Counted from the first letter of the stretch, positions 1 through 11,678 are shown. The stretch: DNA of 64,000 nt from an uncultured delta proteobacterium (GCA_963845515.1 CAWJSR010000057.1:160001-224000); one strand, 5' to 3'. The notes: generated by a model from the letters alone, not told the origin. Numbers and translations: made by a program.

Positions 1-127
1 CCTCGAGGAGGGCAATCGTCGGGAGGATGACGGCCTCCGGCTCCTGTTGGAGCCTGGCCAGGACGTCTCGCGCGTCCTGGTTCCCCCGCTGCGCGGCGAT
101 GATGACGGAGGCGTCGAGCACCTTCAC
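1..127 (-). CDS. PIN-domain (VapC-like) toxin, N-terminal part, runs off the left edge
   Basis: Not in the ORF track. Manual translation from GTG at 127 (GTGA overlap with antitoxin stop): MKVLDASVIIAAQRGNQDARDVLARLQQEPEAVILPTIALLE; VLDASV and P-x4-E are typical of the PIN N-terminus. Confidence 0.8.
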   Translation of the reverse strand, partial: MKVLDASVIIAAQRGNQDARDVLARLQQEPEAVILPTIALLE

Positions 128-369
128 TTGCGGCGCTCCGCCCGGCGCCGCTTCGTCGTCGGTGCGGCAGCGTCGTCGTCGTCCATTTCGTCGAGCGCGC
201 GACGCAGCCTATCGGCCGCTTCGTACCTCTCGGCCGTCTCGAGCCCGAGGGTCCGCAGGAGCTGACCGGTTGCGAGCCCCTTGCGCCTGGCGAGCTGATC
301 GATCTTCGCTCGGGTCTCGGGATCCATGCGGATGGTGATGTCGCCGGTCTTCGCATGTGCACGTGCCAT
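124..369 (-). CDS. Ribbon-helix-helix/CopG-like antitoxin (VapB-like)
   Basis: 81 aa MARAHAKTGDITIRMDPETRAKIDQLARRKG...; RHH-like strand ITIRMD followed by helices; translationally coupled to the PIN gene. Confidence 0.75.
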   Translation of the reverse strand: MARAHAKTGDITIRMDPETRAKIDQLARRKGLATGQLLRTLGLETAERYEAADRLRRALDEMDDDDAAAPTTKRRRAERRK

Positions 370-376
370 GCGTTGC

Positions 377-406
377 ATTGTAAGTGCTCGCAGAGTTCAG
401 GCGCAA
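377..406 (-). promoter_or_regulatory. Sigma70-type promoter of the TA operon, probably leaderless
   Basis: Minus strand TTGCGC-18bp-TACAAT, then 7 nt to ATG 369; no Shine-Dalgarno. Confidence 0.6.
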
Positions 407-491
407 CGGTGCGACCTGCGACCCGCCCGAGAGGAGCGTTCCGCGAACTATGGCTCGTGCCGCGAACGGGTCGGCTTCGACCGGTCTCAAG

Positions 492-552
492 GATCTTCCT
501 GTACGCGCTCGCGCTCGCGGCCAAGCGTTACGGGATCCTGGTCCACGCCTAC
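492..552 (+). repeat. 61-bp remnant of a Y1/RAYT-like (IS200-superfamily) transposase, copy 1
   Basis: 56/61 identical to 55720-55780; encodes IFLYALALAAKRYGILVHAY, resembling the segment before the HUH motif of Y1 transposases. Confidence 0.7.
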
Positions 553-857
553 CCCTTCGGGCGGGGCCTTGGGCCTTCGGGCGGGGCCTTCCGGGGCCTT
601 CCGAAGTCATGACCGCAATGCCAGCACGTTCGAGCCGGTACTGGATGTTCCCAACCAAGGATCCATTCGCGCCCTCGGAGGCAAGCCCCACACTTCGGGC
701 ACTTCAAGCTCGCAGCCCATCGATTGGCGCCAAACGCCCATGCGAACATCATCGGAGCGAATGACCAATGCACATAACTGGACATTGCCCCGAAGAACAG
801 CGCACCTGCCGGCGAGACAACCGTCAGCAAGAGCACCCGGACAGTACGTCGGTTCAT
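549..857 (-). CDS. Small membrane protein with zinc ribbon
   Basis: Two hydrophobic segments followed by CPKC...CWHC; visibly more AT-rich than neighbours. Confidence 0.55.
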   Translation of the reverse strand: MNRRTVRVLLLTVVSPAGALFFGAMSSYVHWSFAPMMFAWAFGANRWAASLKCPKCGACLRGREWILGWEHPVPARTCWHCGHDFGRPRKAPPEGPRPRPKG

Positions 858-859
858 GG

Positions 860-1351
860 TTACAGCGCCGCGAACCCCGCCTGGATCTGCGCCCACGTCT
901 CGTCGAGGTGCTCGACGATGACGCGGACGTCGGCGAGGACGGGCATGAAGTTGTTGTCGCCGGCCCAGCGCGGGACCACGTGGTAGTGCATGTGGTCTTC
1001 GATGCCCGCGCCGGCGGACTTCCCGAGGTTCATCCCGACGTTGAGCCCGTCCGGCGCGGCGACGCGCTTCAGCACCTCGACGGCCCGGCGTAGCTCGTCG
1101 TGCAGGTCGAACATCTCGTCACGCTCCAGCCGCGCGAAGTCGGCGACGTGGGCGCGCGGGATCACCATCAGGTGGCCGGCGTTGTACGGGAAGCGGTTGA
1201 GGATCGTGAACGAGCGCTCCGAGCGATGGACGATCAGGTTCTGGCGGTCGTTCGCCGGGGGCTGCGCCGGGAAGTTGCAGAAGATGCAGCCGTCCGGCTT
1301 CGGAGCGCGGATGAACTCCATCCGCCAGGGCGCCCAGAGGGGGGTGTCCAC
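860..1351 (-). CDS. HIT family hydrolase (Ap4A phosphorylase/FHIT-like)
   Basis: LWAPWRMEFI, CIFC, LNRFPYNAGHLMV, HMHYHVVPRW triad; GTG start with GGAGA RBS. Confidence 0.9.
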   Translation of the reverse strand: MDTPLWAPWRMEFIRAPKPDGCIFCNFPAQPPANDRQNLIVHRSERSFTILNRFPYNAGHLMVIPRAHVADFARLERDEMFDLHDELRRAVEVLKRVAAPDGLNVGMNLGKSAGAGIEDHMHYHVVPRWAGDNNFMPVLADVRVIVEHLDETWAQIQAGFAAL

Positions 1352-1359
1352 GCGGTCTC

Positions 1360-2512
1360 CTAACGGGGGAGGAGGTAGAGCCCCGGCCCGCCCGCCTCGG
1401 CGACCCCGGACGCCAGCTCCGCCTTGACCGCGCGCGCTGCCGCGCCGGCCATCCCGCCCATGATCTCCTCGAGGAAGCGGGCGCGGTCGTCGGCCGGGTA
1501 GACCAGCTCCGGCTCGCCCTTCACCTTGGCCTTCTCCATCGCCTGATCGACCGCGGCGTAGAAGTTCCCCAGGTGATCGACGAGCCCCGCCTCGAGCGCC
1601 TCGGCCCCGGTGATGACCCTCCCGTCGGCGACGCGCTTCACCTTCGCCTCCGGCAGCTCGCGGGAGAGGACCACCGCGCCGAGGAACTGGCCGTAGATCC
1701 GGTCGATCAGCCCCTGCCAGTAGACCCGGTCCTCCGGCGTCATGTCGCGGAACGGGTTGCCCGCGTCCTTGAGCGCCCCGCTCTTCACGACCTCCATCTT
1801 GAAGTCGTACCGCTGGGCGATCTTGCTCAGGTTCGGGAACTGGCTGATCACGCCGATGGAGCCGGTGATGGTGCCGGGCTCCGCCATGACGTTCCCCTTG
1901 GGGCAGCCCATGGCGATGTAGAAGCCGCCCGACGCCGCGACGTTCGCCATCGAGCAGACCACCGTCTTCTTCGCCGCGACCTTCCTCAGCTCGTCGAAGA
2001 TCTCCTGGCTCGGCGCGACGGCGCCGCCCGGGGAGTCGATCCGGACGACGATCGCCTTGATGCTCGTGTCCCGCTCGAAGCGGCGCAGGTGCTTCAGCAC
2101 GCGCTCCGAGTCGACGCCTCCGTCGCCCATCCCGATCGGCCCCTTCACCTCCACGATGCCGATCCGCGGGCCGGAGCCGATGTGCACCGAGTCCCCCTTC
2201 ACCGCGCTGTAGGCGAGGAAGAGGAAGCCGAAGAACACCAGGAAGATCCCGCCGAAGATGAAGGCCACGATCGCCAGCGCGAGCCGGTCGCGCCTCGGCG
2301 GCAGCGGGCGGCGGCATCCAGGGGGGCGGTGGGCCCCAGCCGGCGGCGCCCCAGGGGGACGGCTGCGGCGCTCCCCACGCCGTAGCGCCGGCACCCGGCG
2401 GCGTCCCCTGCGCACCGGGCTGCGCGACCGGCGGGCGCGGCGCCTCGGGCGCTCCGGCGCCCGGTCCGACCGGGGTGGTGGGCAGCGGCTCGTTGGGATC
2501 GTTCGGTTCCAT
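1360..2512 (-). CDS. sppA: Signal peptide peptidase SppA (36K type) with Pro-rich N-terminus; frameshift near 2305-2315
   Basis: RIDSPGG, AASGGFYIA, TGSIGV, KSGALKD motifs; ATG 2512 (MEPNDPNEP...) is in another frame. Confidence 0.88.
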
Positions 2513-2601
2513 GCGCGAAAGGAAACCACGCAGGCGCCCAAAATGCGAGAGCGGCCCGCGTCGCCGCGAGCCGCTCCCTGGTGAAGCCTCTTTCCGCCCT
2601 G

Positions 2602-4308
<1,707 letters not shown>

Positions 4309-4528
4309 TATGTGAAGACCAACCTTTGGGATTCCGCCGGCGGCGGGCGCTGCGCGTTCGGTGCCGGCGAGACCGGTGCTGCCCCCTGGTTCGATTCGCG
4401 TCGCGCCGCCTCGGGGATTGGAGGCTGCGACCGGGCCTGGGCATGTTACCCGAGCCTACCTATTAGAGAAGCGCGGACGCTACACAAGCGAGATCGCTGC
4501 GTCAAGCGGCCCGGGGGTGCAGGACGGG

Positions 4529-5365
4529 TCAGGTGAGCGTCCTCAGCCAGCCGGCGACCCCCTGGACGAGCCAGTCCGGAGTGGAGGCCCCGGCCGAGAG
4601 CCCCACGACGTGGCAGCCGGTGAACCAGGAGGGCTGCAGCTCCTCCTCCGTCTCGACGTGCCAGGTGCGCGGCTGGATCTCACGGCAGATCTCGGCGAGG
4701 TGGCGCGTGTTGGCGCTGTTCTTCCCGCCGACCACCACGACCGCGTCGACCTCGCGGGCGAGCGCGCGCGCGTCCTGCTGCCGCTCCTCGGTGTCGGAGC
4801 AGATGGTGTTGATGACCCGGACCTCGCGGTGGTTCAGGGCGAGCACCGCGACGACCCGCTGGAAGTCGGCGCCGATGCAGGTCGTCTGGGCGACCACCGC
4901 CACCTTCTTGGCCTTGATCTCGGGGATCTCCGCGCCGGGCTTCACCACGCTGTAGGGCCCCTCGCAGTACGAGACGACCCCCTTCACCTCCGCGTGGTTG
5001 GCGTCGCCGACGATCACGACGTGGTACCCCTCGCGCGACAGGCGCTGGGCCATCGCCTGCGGGTACTTCACGTACGGGCAGGTGCCGTCGACCAGGGTGA
5101 GCTTCCGGGCGCGCGCCGCGTCCACCTCGTGCCGGACGGCCCCGTGCGTGCGGACGACGACGGTGGTCCCGTCCGCCACCTCGGAGACGAGGTTGACCGT
5201 CACGACCCCCTTCTCGCGCATCTGCGAGACGGCCTGGGGGTTGTGGATGATCGGGCCGAGCGTGACCACCGGACCTGCGGCGCGGTCGGCGACCTCCATG
5301 ACCTTGTCGACGGTGCGGCGCACGCCCCAGCAGAAGCCGGCGGTCTTGGCGATCTTCACTTCCAT
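4529..5365 (-). CDS. ispH: 4-hydroxy-3-methylbut-2-enyl diphosphate reductase
   Basis: AGFCWGV, IIHN, DGTCPYV, QTT, NTIC, SANT, GLSAGASTP. Confidence 0.97.
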   Translation of the reverse strand: MEVKIAKTAGFCWGVRRTVDKVMEVADRAAGPVVTLGPIIHNPQAVSQMREKGVVTVNLVSEVADGTTVVVRTHGAVRHEVDAARARKLTLVDGTCPYVKYPQAMAQRLSREGYHVVIVGDANHAEVKGVVSYCEGPYSVVKPGAEIPEIKAKKVAVVAQTTCIGADFQRVVAVLALNHREVRVINTICSDTEERQQDARALAREVDAVVVVGGKNSANTRHLAEICREIQPRTWHVETEEELQPSWFTGCHVVGLSAGASTPDWLVQGVAGWLRTLT

Positions 5366-5416
5366 CGGGAGTCCAATCCCTCACTTACCCAGCGCCGGGT
5401 CCCGGGGCAACCCATG

Positions 5417-6070
5417 CTACCGATCGCCCTTCTCGCCGACGAAGCGATCCTTCTCGTCGCGGAAGAGGACGTTGAAGGTCGTGAGCGACCCGTAGCACTT
5501 GGTGACGTACCCCTGCAGCTCGACCTTGTCGGCGTCGGAGAGCTTCTCGTGGCCGTTCAGCTTCGCCTCCAGCACGCGGAGCCGGTCCCGGATCATCACG
5601 ACCTTGTGGAGGAGCCCGTCGATGGGGATCTCCTTCGCCTGGAGCGCCGGATCGTGGGGCTTCAGGACGACGGTTCCGCCCTCCCACTTGCCGGCGATGG
5701 CGACGGGGGCGGACTCCTCGCGGATCAGCTCGCGGAGCAGGTCGGCCAGCTCTTCTCGGGTCATGTCGAGGATCTCCTCGGGGATCGGCGTCTGGGTTCG
5801 GACCGGTGCCGACGCTCCCTGGCGGACCAGCACGGGCCCATGGGGCGAGACGGTGACGGCGCGGCGGCGGGTCGGCTCTGGCGGCGCTGCGTGCGGCACC
5901 GCCTCGTCCCGGGCGAGCCGCCGATCGCAGGCGGGGGCGGTCCCGGGGAAGTCTCCCGTGCGGACGTGGAGCCGGCAGGGGCCGACCGGGCCGCGAGCGT
6001 CTTCGAGGATGGGGCGCCAGAGCCGGCAGCTGCCGCACTCGCGAGCTCCGTACTGGCGCTCGGGGTCCAT
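5417..6070 (-). CDS. Hypothetical protein with Cys-rich N-terminus
   Basis: Start overlaps the cmk stop; CGSC...C...C N-terminus and globular C-terminus (HKVVMIRDRLRVLE...CYGSLTTFNVLF). Confidence 0.8.
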   Translation of the reverse strand: MDPERQYGARECGSCRLWRPILEDARGPVGPCRLHVRTGDFPGTAPACDRRLARDEAVPHAAPPEPTRRRAVTVSPHGPVLVRQGASAPVRTQTPIPEEILDMTREELADLLRELIREESAPVAIAGKWEGGTVVLKPHDPALQAKEIPIDGLLHKVVMIRDRLRVLEAKLNGHEKLSDADKVELQGYVTKCYGSLTTFNVLFRDEKDRFVGEKGDR

Positions 6071-6789
6071 CAGCTTCGGCCCCTCGCCCGCCCCTCGACC
6101 TCGCGGACTTCGCGGACGAGGCGATCGACCACGGCGTCGATCGGCGTCCCGCTGGTGTCGATGATCAGGGCGTCCGCCGCGGGCTTGAGCGGCGCGATCT
6201 CGCGCTCGCTGTCGGCCTTGTCACGGGCGCGCTGATCGGCGAGCACCTGCTCGAACGTGGAGGCGTCGCCCTTCGAGAGCAGCTCGGCGTAGCGGCGCCG
6301 CGCGCGCTCCTCGGCGCTGGCGGTGACGAAGAACTTGGCGTCTGCGTCCGGGAACACGACGGTGCCGATGTCGCGCCCCTCGAGGACGGCGCCGCGGTTC
6401 TCCGGCGCGGCGGCGAGCCGCCGCTGCAGCTCGAGGAGCCCGGCGCGGACCACCGGGCGCGCCGAGACCTTGCTGGCTCCAGCGGAGATGGCGGGCGTCC
6501 GGATGAGCGCCGAGACGTCCTCGACTCCGAGCAGCACCCGCTGACCGGAGCCTCCGGCCGCCGGCGCCGCGAAGTGGATGTCGACGTTCGGGAGGATCGA
6601 CTCCAGCCCGGCGTCGTCATCCAGCGCGACCCCGAGACGCGTCGCCGCGAGGGCGACGGTCCGGTAGATCGCGCCGGTGTCGACGAGGGCGAAGCCGAGC
6701 CGGAAGGCGAGCAGCCGCGAGGCGGTGCTCTTGCCCGCGCCGGCCGGCCCGTCGATCGCGACGATGAAGGGGCGGCGAGGGGACGGCAC
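6070..6789 (-). CDS. cmk: Cytidylate kinase
   Basis: AIDGPAGAGKST, DTGAIYR, EGRDIGTVVFPDA. Confidence 0.97.
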   Translation of the reverse strand: MPSPRRPFIVAIDGPAGAGKSTASRLLAFRLGFALVDTGAIYRTVALAATRLGVALDDDAGLESILPNVDIHFAAPAAGGSGQRVLLGVEDVSALIRTPAISAGASKVSARPVVRAGLLELQRRLAAAPENRGAVLEGRDIGTVVFPDADAKFFVTASAEERARRRYAELLSKGDASTFEQVLADQRARDKADSEREIAPLKPAADALIIDTSGTPIDAVVDRLVREVREVEGRARGRS

Positions 6790-6794
6790 GTCCC

Positions 6795-7763
6795 CTACTC
6801 TTCGCTGGTGAAGACGCCCATCGCCCGGAACTTCCTGTAGCGATCGGTCACGAGCTGCTCGGGGGAGAGCTGCTTGAGCGCCGCGAGGTGGCGCCGGATG
6901 GCGTCGCCGACGTTCTTGGCGGTGAACGAGGGATCGCGGTGGGCGCCGCCCGGCGACTCGGTGATCAGCTCGTCGGTGATCCCGAAGCCTGCGAGATCCT
7001 TGGCCGTGAGCTTGAGGGCGTCAGCGGACTTCTGCGCCTTCGTCGGGTCGCGGTAGAGGATGGCGCTGCAGCTCTCCGGCGAGATGACGGAGTAGATCGA
7101 GTTCTCGAGCATCAGGAGCCGGTTCGCGACGCCGAGCGCGAGCGCGCCGCCGGAGCCACCTTCGCCGATGACCACCGCGATGACCGGGACCTCGAGCGAG
7201 GACATCACCTCGAGGTTGACGGCGATCGCCTCGGCCTGGCCGCGCTCCTCGGCGCCGATGCCGGGATAGGCGCCGGGGGTGTCGATCAGCGTGATGATCG
7301 GCAGCCGGAAGCGGTTGGCGAGGTCGAACATCCGGCGCGCCTTGCGGTACCCCTCGGGACGGGGCATGCCGAAGTTGCGCAGCATGTTCTCCTTCGTCGT
7401 CCGCCCCTTCTGGTGCCCGACGACGACCACCGGCTGACCGTCGAAGCGGGCGAAGCCGCAGACGATCGCGCGGTCGGCGGCGAACCGCCGGTCCCCTTCG
7501 ATCTCGAAGAAGTCGGTGAAGAGCTCGGCGAGATAGTCGAGGGTGTATGGGCGCGCGGGGTGGCGGGCTAGCTGCACCACCTGCCAGCGGCCGAGGTCGC
7601 TGAAGATCTCGGTCTGGAGCTTCCGGGCCTTCTTCTCGAGCTTCTGGATCTCCTCCGAGAAGTCGATCCGGGCACCGCCGGAGAGTTCCTTCAGCTCCGC
7701 AATCTTGTCCTCTAGGGCGAGGATCGGCTTCTCGAAGTCGAGTGCGTACTTGGTCTTGGCCAC
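6795..7763 (-). CDS. accA: Acetyl-CoA carboxylase carboxyltransferase alpha
   Basis: LDFEKPI, ARHPARP, GMPRPEGYRKA, AEERGQAEAIA, GEGGSGGALA. Confidence 0.98.
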   Translation of the reverse strand: MAKTKYALDFEKPILALEDKIAELKELSGGARIDFSEEIQKLEKKARKLQTEIFSDLGRWQVVQLARHPARPYTLDYLAELFTDFFEIEGDRRFAADRAIVCGFARFDGQPVVVVGHQKGRTTKENMLRNFGMPRPEGYRKARRMFDLANRFRLPIITLIDTPGAYPGIGAEERGQAEAIAVNLEVMSSLEVPVIAVVIGEGGSGGALALGVANRLLMLENSIYSVISPESCSAILYRDPTKAQKSADALKLTAKDLAGFGITDELITESPGGAHRDPSFTAKNVGDAIRRHLAALKQLSPEQLVTDRYRKFRAMGVFTSEE

Positions 7764-7804
7764 GGCGCCTTATAGCACGCCATCAGCCGATCGGGCGTCT
7801 GCAG

Positions 7805-8716
7805 TCAAAGCGCCATGACGCGCTGCGCCAAGGCCTCCAGGTCCCACGGAGGAGGGACCCATTCCACCCCGCGCTCCCGCCGAAGCCACATCACCTGACG
7901 GCGCGCGTACTGGCGGGTCTCGGCCTGGACCCGGCGGATCGCGTCTGGCAGGGGGCAGCCCCCCAGCACGACGGCGATGGCAGCCGCGTAGCCGATGGGG
8001 AGCTTCGCGGGAAGCCGCTCCCCGAAGCGCTCGGCGAGCGCGCGCGCCTCCTCCAGCAGCCCTCCCGCGAACATCGCCTCCACCCGGGCGTCGATCCGCC
8101 GATGAAGCTCCTCCCTGGGGGGATCGAGGGCGAAGATCCTCGCCGAGTATCTGTCGGGGGCGAAGGCGTGCTCCCGGAAGCGCTCCGACTGCGTGCGGCC
8201 GGAGGCCGCCATCTCCAGCGCCCTCGTGATCCGGACCAGATCGTTGGGCAGGATCCGCGCCGCAGCCTCGGGGTCGATCGCCGCCAGCCGCGCGTGCACC
8301 GCCGGCCGGCCGTCTCTCCGGGCTTCCTCCTCCAGCCTGGCGCGGAGCTCGGGGTCCCTCCCCGGAGCCTCGACCACGCCGTGCAGCAGCGCCCGGATGT
8401 AGAGCCCGGTTCCGCCGACCACGAGCGGGACGCGCCCTCGCGCGGCGATCCCGGCGATCGCCTCGTCGGCCGCACGGACGAAGCGCGCGGCGTCCCACCC
8501 GTCCCCGGGATCGGCCACGTCGAGCAGGTGGTGCGGGACCGCGGCGCGCTCCTCCGCGGTCGGCTTGGCCGTCCCGACGTCGAGCCCGCGATAGAGCTGC
8601 TGTGAATCTGCGCTGACCACCTCGCCGCCCAGCCGGCGGGCGAGCGCCACGGCGAGCGCCGTCTTGCCCGAGGCGGTAGGGCCCGCGACTACGACGATGC
8701 GGGGGGGCGGCGCCAT
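7805..8716 (-). CDS. miaA: tRNA dimethylallyltransferase
   Basis: GPTASGKT, SADSQQLYRGLDVGTAKP, VGGTGLY, TRQYARRQ. Confidence 0.97.
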   Translation of the reverse strand: MAPPPRIVVVAGPTASGKTALAVALARRLGGEVVSADSQQLYRGLDVGTAKPTAEERAAVPHHLLDVADPGDGWDAARFVRAADEAIAGIAARGRVPLVVGGTGLYIRALLHGVVEAPGRDPELRARLEEEARRDGRPAVHARLAAIDPEAAARILPNDLVRITRALEMAASGRTQSERFREHAFAPDRYSARIFALDPPREELHRRIDARVEAMFAGGLLEEARALAERFGERLPAKLPIGYAAAIAVVLGGCPLPDAIRRVQAETRQYARRQVMWLRRERGVEWVPPPWDLEALAQRVMAL

Positions 8717-8734
8717 GCGGTGGGCCGCCCCAGG

Positions 8735-9418
8735 CTACGGCGGAGGAGGCGTCGCGGCGGACGTCGTCGCCCGCTTCGACGTGGCCGGCTTGGCGCCGGC
8801 CTTCGCGAGCGGCTTCGCCGCCCTGGTGTCGCTCGCCTTCGCCCCGGCGGGATCGGCGACCACCGGCGCGACCTTGAGCCCGAGCTCCTGCTGGATCGAC
8901 GCGAGCAGGAGGGCGCCGACGTCCTTCGAGTAGCCCCGCTCGATCCGCGCGATGGTGCCGTCGCGCCGGACGAGGAAGACCGACGGCAGCGGCGCGCTCT
9001 CGCCCAGGTAGCGCCGGGCGAGGAAGTTGAACCGGTCCGAGACCACCGGGTAGCCGACCTTGTTCTCGGCGATCATCTTCTTGGCGGTCGAGATCCCAGG
9101 CTCCTCGCCGTCGATGCAGACGCCGATGATCCGGAGCCCCTGCGCCCTGTACATGGAGTCGAGCTGCACCAGGAACGGCATCTCCTTCTTGCAGGGGCCG
9201 CACCACGAGGCGAAGAACGAGAGGACGACCAGCTTCGACCCTTCGTCCTCGGGCTCCTCGCCCGCGAACTTGTCCAGGGCGAGCCACCCGGTCCCGGCCG
9301 CCTCGGGGTTCAGCGTGCGGAGCGAGAAGGCCGGCGCGGGGAGCCCCAGCGCGATCTCCTCGTCGGCCACGGCGGGGAGAGCCAGGGCTGCACAGAGAGC
9401 GATCACCACGTAGCGCAT
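8735..9418 (-). CDS. TlpA-like thiol:disulfide oxidoreductase, exported
   Basis: Signal peptide MRYVVIALCAALALPAVA; FFASWCGPCKKEMP. Confidence 0.88.
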   Translation of the reverse strand: MRYVVIALCAALALPAVADEEIALGLPAPAFSLRTLNPEAAGTGWLALDKFAGEEPEDEGSKLVVLSFFASWCGPCKKEMPFLVQLDSMYRAQGLRIIGVCIDGEEPGISTAKKMIAENKVGYPVVSDRFNFLARRYLGESAPLPSVFLVRRDGTIARIERGYSKDVGALLLASIQQELGLKVAPVVADPAGAKASDTRAAKPLAKAGAKPATSKRATTSAATPPPP

Positions 9419-9520
9419 TCTTCGATCCTCACACAGGGGAGCCCTAGGCGGGATCCCACGGTCCAACGTCACTGAGAGGCTGAGGGGCGAGGCGAGGAGG
9501 ATTCCTCGCGCGCCACCGTC

Positions 9521-10771
9521 TCACCCGACCGGCTTGACCCGCTCGACCAGCTCCGAGAGCGCGACGGGAGTCTCCTCCCGCGTATTCATGTCCTTCAGCT
9601 TCGCCTGGCCAGAGGCAACCTCGGCCCCGCCGAGCACGAGGGCCCACCGGGCCCGGACGCGCTCGGCCTGCTTGAACTGCCTCGGCAGCTTGCCGCCCCG
9701 GGCGTCGAGGTCGCACGCGACCCCGGCCTTCCTGAGCCGGGACGCGAGCGTCAGCGACGCCCTCGCCCCCTCGGCGTCGGCCGAGACGAAGAAGACGACC
9801 GGGCGGCGCTCCGGCGCGGCCCTGCCGCCCTTCTCCATGATGAGCGAGAGCCGCTCCTCTCCCAGGGCGAACCCGATCCCCGGCGTGGCGGGGCCCCCCA
9901 GGGTCTCCACGAGCCGGTCGTACCGGCCACCGCCGGCGACGGCCGACTGGGAGCCGAGCGCGTCGCTCGTGAACTCGAAGGCGGTACGGACGTAGTAGTC
10001 GAGGCCGCGGACGAGCCGGCCGTCGATCGCGTACGAGACTCCGAGCGCGTCGAGCCCGGCCTTCACCGCGCCGAAGTGCGCGGCGCAGCCGTCGCAGAGC
10101 CGATCCAGCAGGCGCGGTGCCTGCTCGAGGACCGGCTGGCAGGTCGGGACCTTGCAATCGAGCACGCGCAGCGGGTTCCGCTCGATCCGCTCGTTGCAGT
10201 CCGAGCAGAGCTCCTTCTTCCGTCCTTCGAGCCAGCCCTTCAGCTCCGCGAGGTAGGCGGGCCGGCAGCCGGCGTCTCCGACGGTGTTGAGCTTGAGCTG
10301 CGCCTTCACGCCCAGCCGCGCGAAGTAGTCGTCGAGGAGCGCGATCTGCTCCGCGTCGATCGCCGGCTCGGCGATGCCGAAGGCCTCGCACCCGATCTGG
10401 TGGAACTGGCGGTAGCGCCCCTTCTGCGGCCGCTCGCGCCGGAACATGGGGCCCATGTAGAACCACTTCTGCGGCCCCTCGACGTGCGCGCCGTGCTCGA
10501 TGAAGGCGCGGACGGTCCCGGCCGTCCCCTCGGGGCGGAGGCAGAGCATCTCCTCCCCCTTGTCCTCGAAGACGTACATCTCCTTGTTGACGATGTCCGT
10601 CGCCTCGCCGACGCCGCGGGCGAAGAGGGAATGGTGCTCGACCACCGGCGTGCGCACCTCGCGGTAGCCGTAGAGCGCGAACACCTCGCGCGCGGTGCTC
10701 TCCATCTCCTGCCAGCGGCCGACGTCGCCCGGCAGGACGTCGTTCATCCCCTTGACGCCATTGATCTTCAC
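9521..10771 (-). CDS. hisS: Histidine--tRNA ligase
   Basis: KEMY, LRPEGTAG, FRRERPQKGRYRQFHQ, RGLDYY, GGGRYD. Confidence 0.98.
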   Translation of the reverse strand: MKINGVKGMNDVLPGDVGRWQEMESTAREVFALYGYREVRTPVVEHHSLFARGVGEATDIVNKEMYVFEDKGEEMLCLRPEGTAGTVRAFIEHGAHVEGPQKWFYMGPMFRRERPQKGRYRQFHQIGCEAFGIAEPAIDAEQIALLDDYFARLGVKAQLKLNTVGDAGCRPAYLAELKGWLEGRKKELCSDCNERIERNPLRVLDCKVPTCQPVLEQAPRLLDRLCDGCAAHFGAVKAGLDALGVSYAIDGRLVRGLDYYVRTAFEFTSDALGSQSAVAGGGRYDRLVETLGGPATPGIGFALGEERLSLIMEKGGRAAPERRPVVFFVSADAEGARASLTLASRLRKAGVACDLDARGGKLPRQFKQAERVRARWALVLGGAEVASGQAKLKDMNTREETPVALSELVERVKPVG

Positions 10772-10805
10772 GGGGGCCGGTTCTAGTCGAAGGGACCCGG
10801 GGGGG

Positions 10806-11648
10806 TCAAACCTTCCCGCCGATCGGCTCCCCCACGCGCACCCGCTGCCCCGGCGCGAGCCGCAGCGCCGCGCGCCCCGGCTCGAAGAGGAGGATCACGG
10901 TGGAGCCCATCTCGAAGGCGCCTAGCTCCGCCCCCTTCTCGACGGGGATCGGATCGGCGTAAGCGCCGTATTGCATCACCGCGCCCGGGAGGTTGGTGGG
11001 CGGCACCGAAGGATCGAAGCTCGCCCTCACCCGGCCGACGATGGTCGCCCCCACCGCGACGAGCGCGCAGGCCCCGAGCGGCGTGTCCAGGTGGACCACC
11101 AGCCGCTCGTTGACGGCGAAGAGCGCCGGGACGGTCCTCACCGAGGCGGCGTTCACTGGCCAGAGCCGGCCCGGGACGTAGCGCCAGCCGGTGACGCGCC
11201 CGGAGAGCGGGGCGTGGATCCGGTGATAGTCCCGCGGCGAGAGGTAGAGGGTCGCCCAGGCGCCACCCTCGAAGCGCCCCGCCACCTCGTAGTCCCCGAG
11301 CAGCGCGCCGACCGTGTAGTCGATCCCCTTCGCCTGCACGAGCCGGCCCGACGCCGCGATGCCGGTCTCGGAGACCACGGCGTCCACCGGCGAGACCGCC
11401 ACCTCCTCGCCGGGAGCGATCGGGCGGCGGCCAGGCTTGAGCGGCCGCGCGAAGAACTCGCCGAAGGTGCGGAAGGAGGCCGGCGGATCGCACTCGGTGA
11501 GGTCGATCCCGTAGCGCCCCGCGAAGCCCGCGATGGCCCAGTCGAGGAGCCCGCGCGGGGCCGCCCAGCGGGTCAGCGAGCCCGCGAGGCGGGAGAGCAG
11601 GTTCTTCGGTACGGCGCCCAGCAGCGCGATGAAGGTCCGATCGTTCAT
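10806..11648 (-). CDS. psd: Phosphatidylserine decarboxylase proenzyme
   Basis: [38 protein letters not shown]. Confidence 0.95.
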   Translation of the reverse strand: MNDRTFIALLGAVPKNLLSRLAGSLTRWAAPRGLLDWAIAGFAGRYGIDLTECDPPASFRTFGEFFARPLKPGRRPIAPGEEVAVSPVDAVVSETGIAASGRLVQAKGIDYTVGALLGDYEVAGRFEGGAWATLYLSPRDYHRIHAPLSGRVTGWRYVPGRLWPVNAASVRTVPALFAVNERLVVHLDTPLGACALVAVGATIVGRVRASFDPSVPPTNLPGAVMQYGAYADPIPVEKGAELGAFEMGSTVILLFEPGRAALRLAPGQRVRVGEPIGGKV

Positions 11649-11678
11649 GAAGCGCGGGAGTCTACTCAGCCCTCCCCG

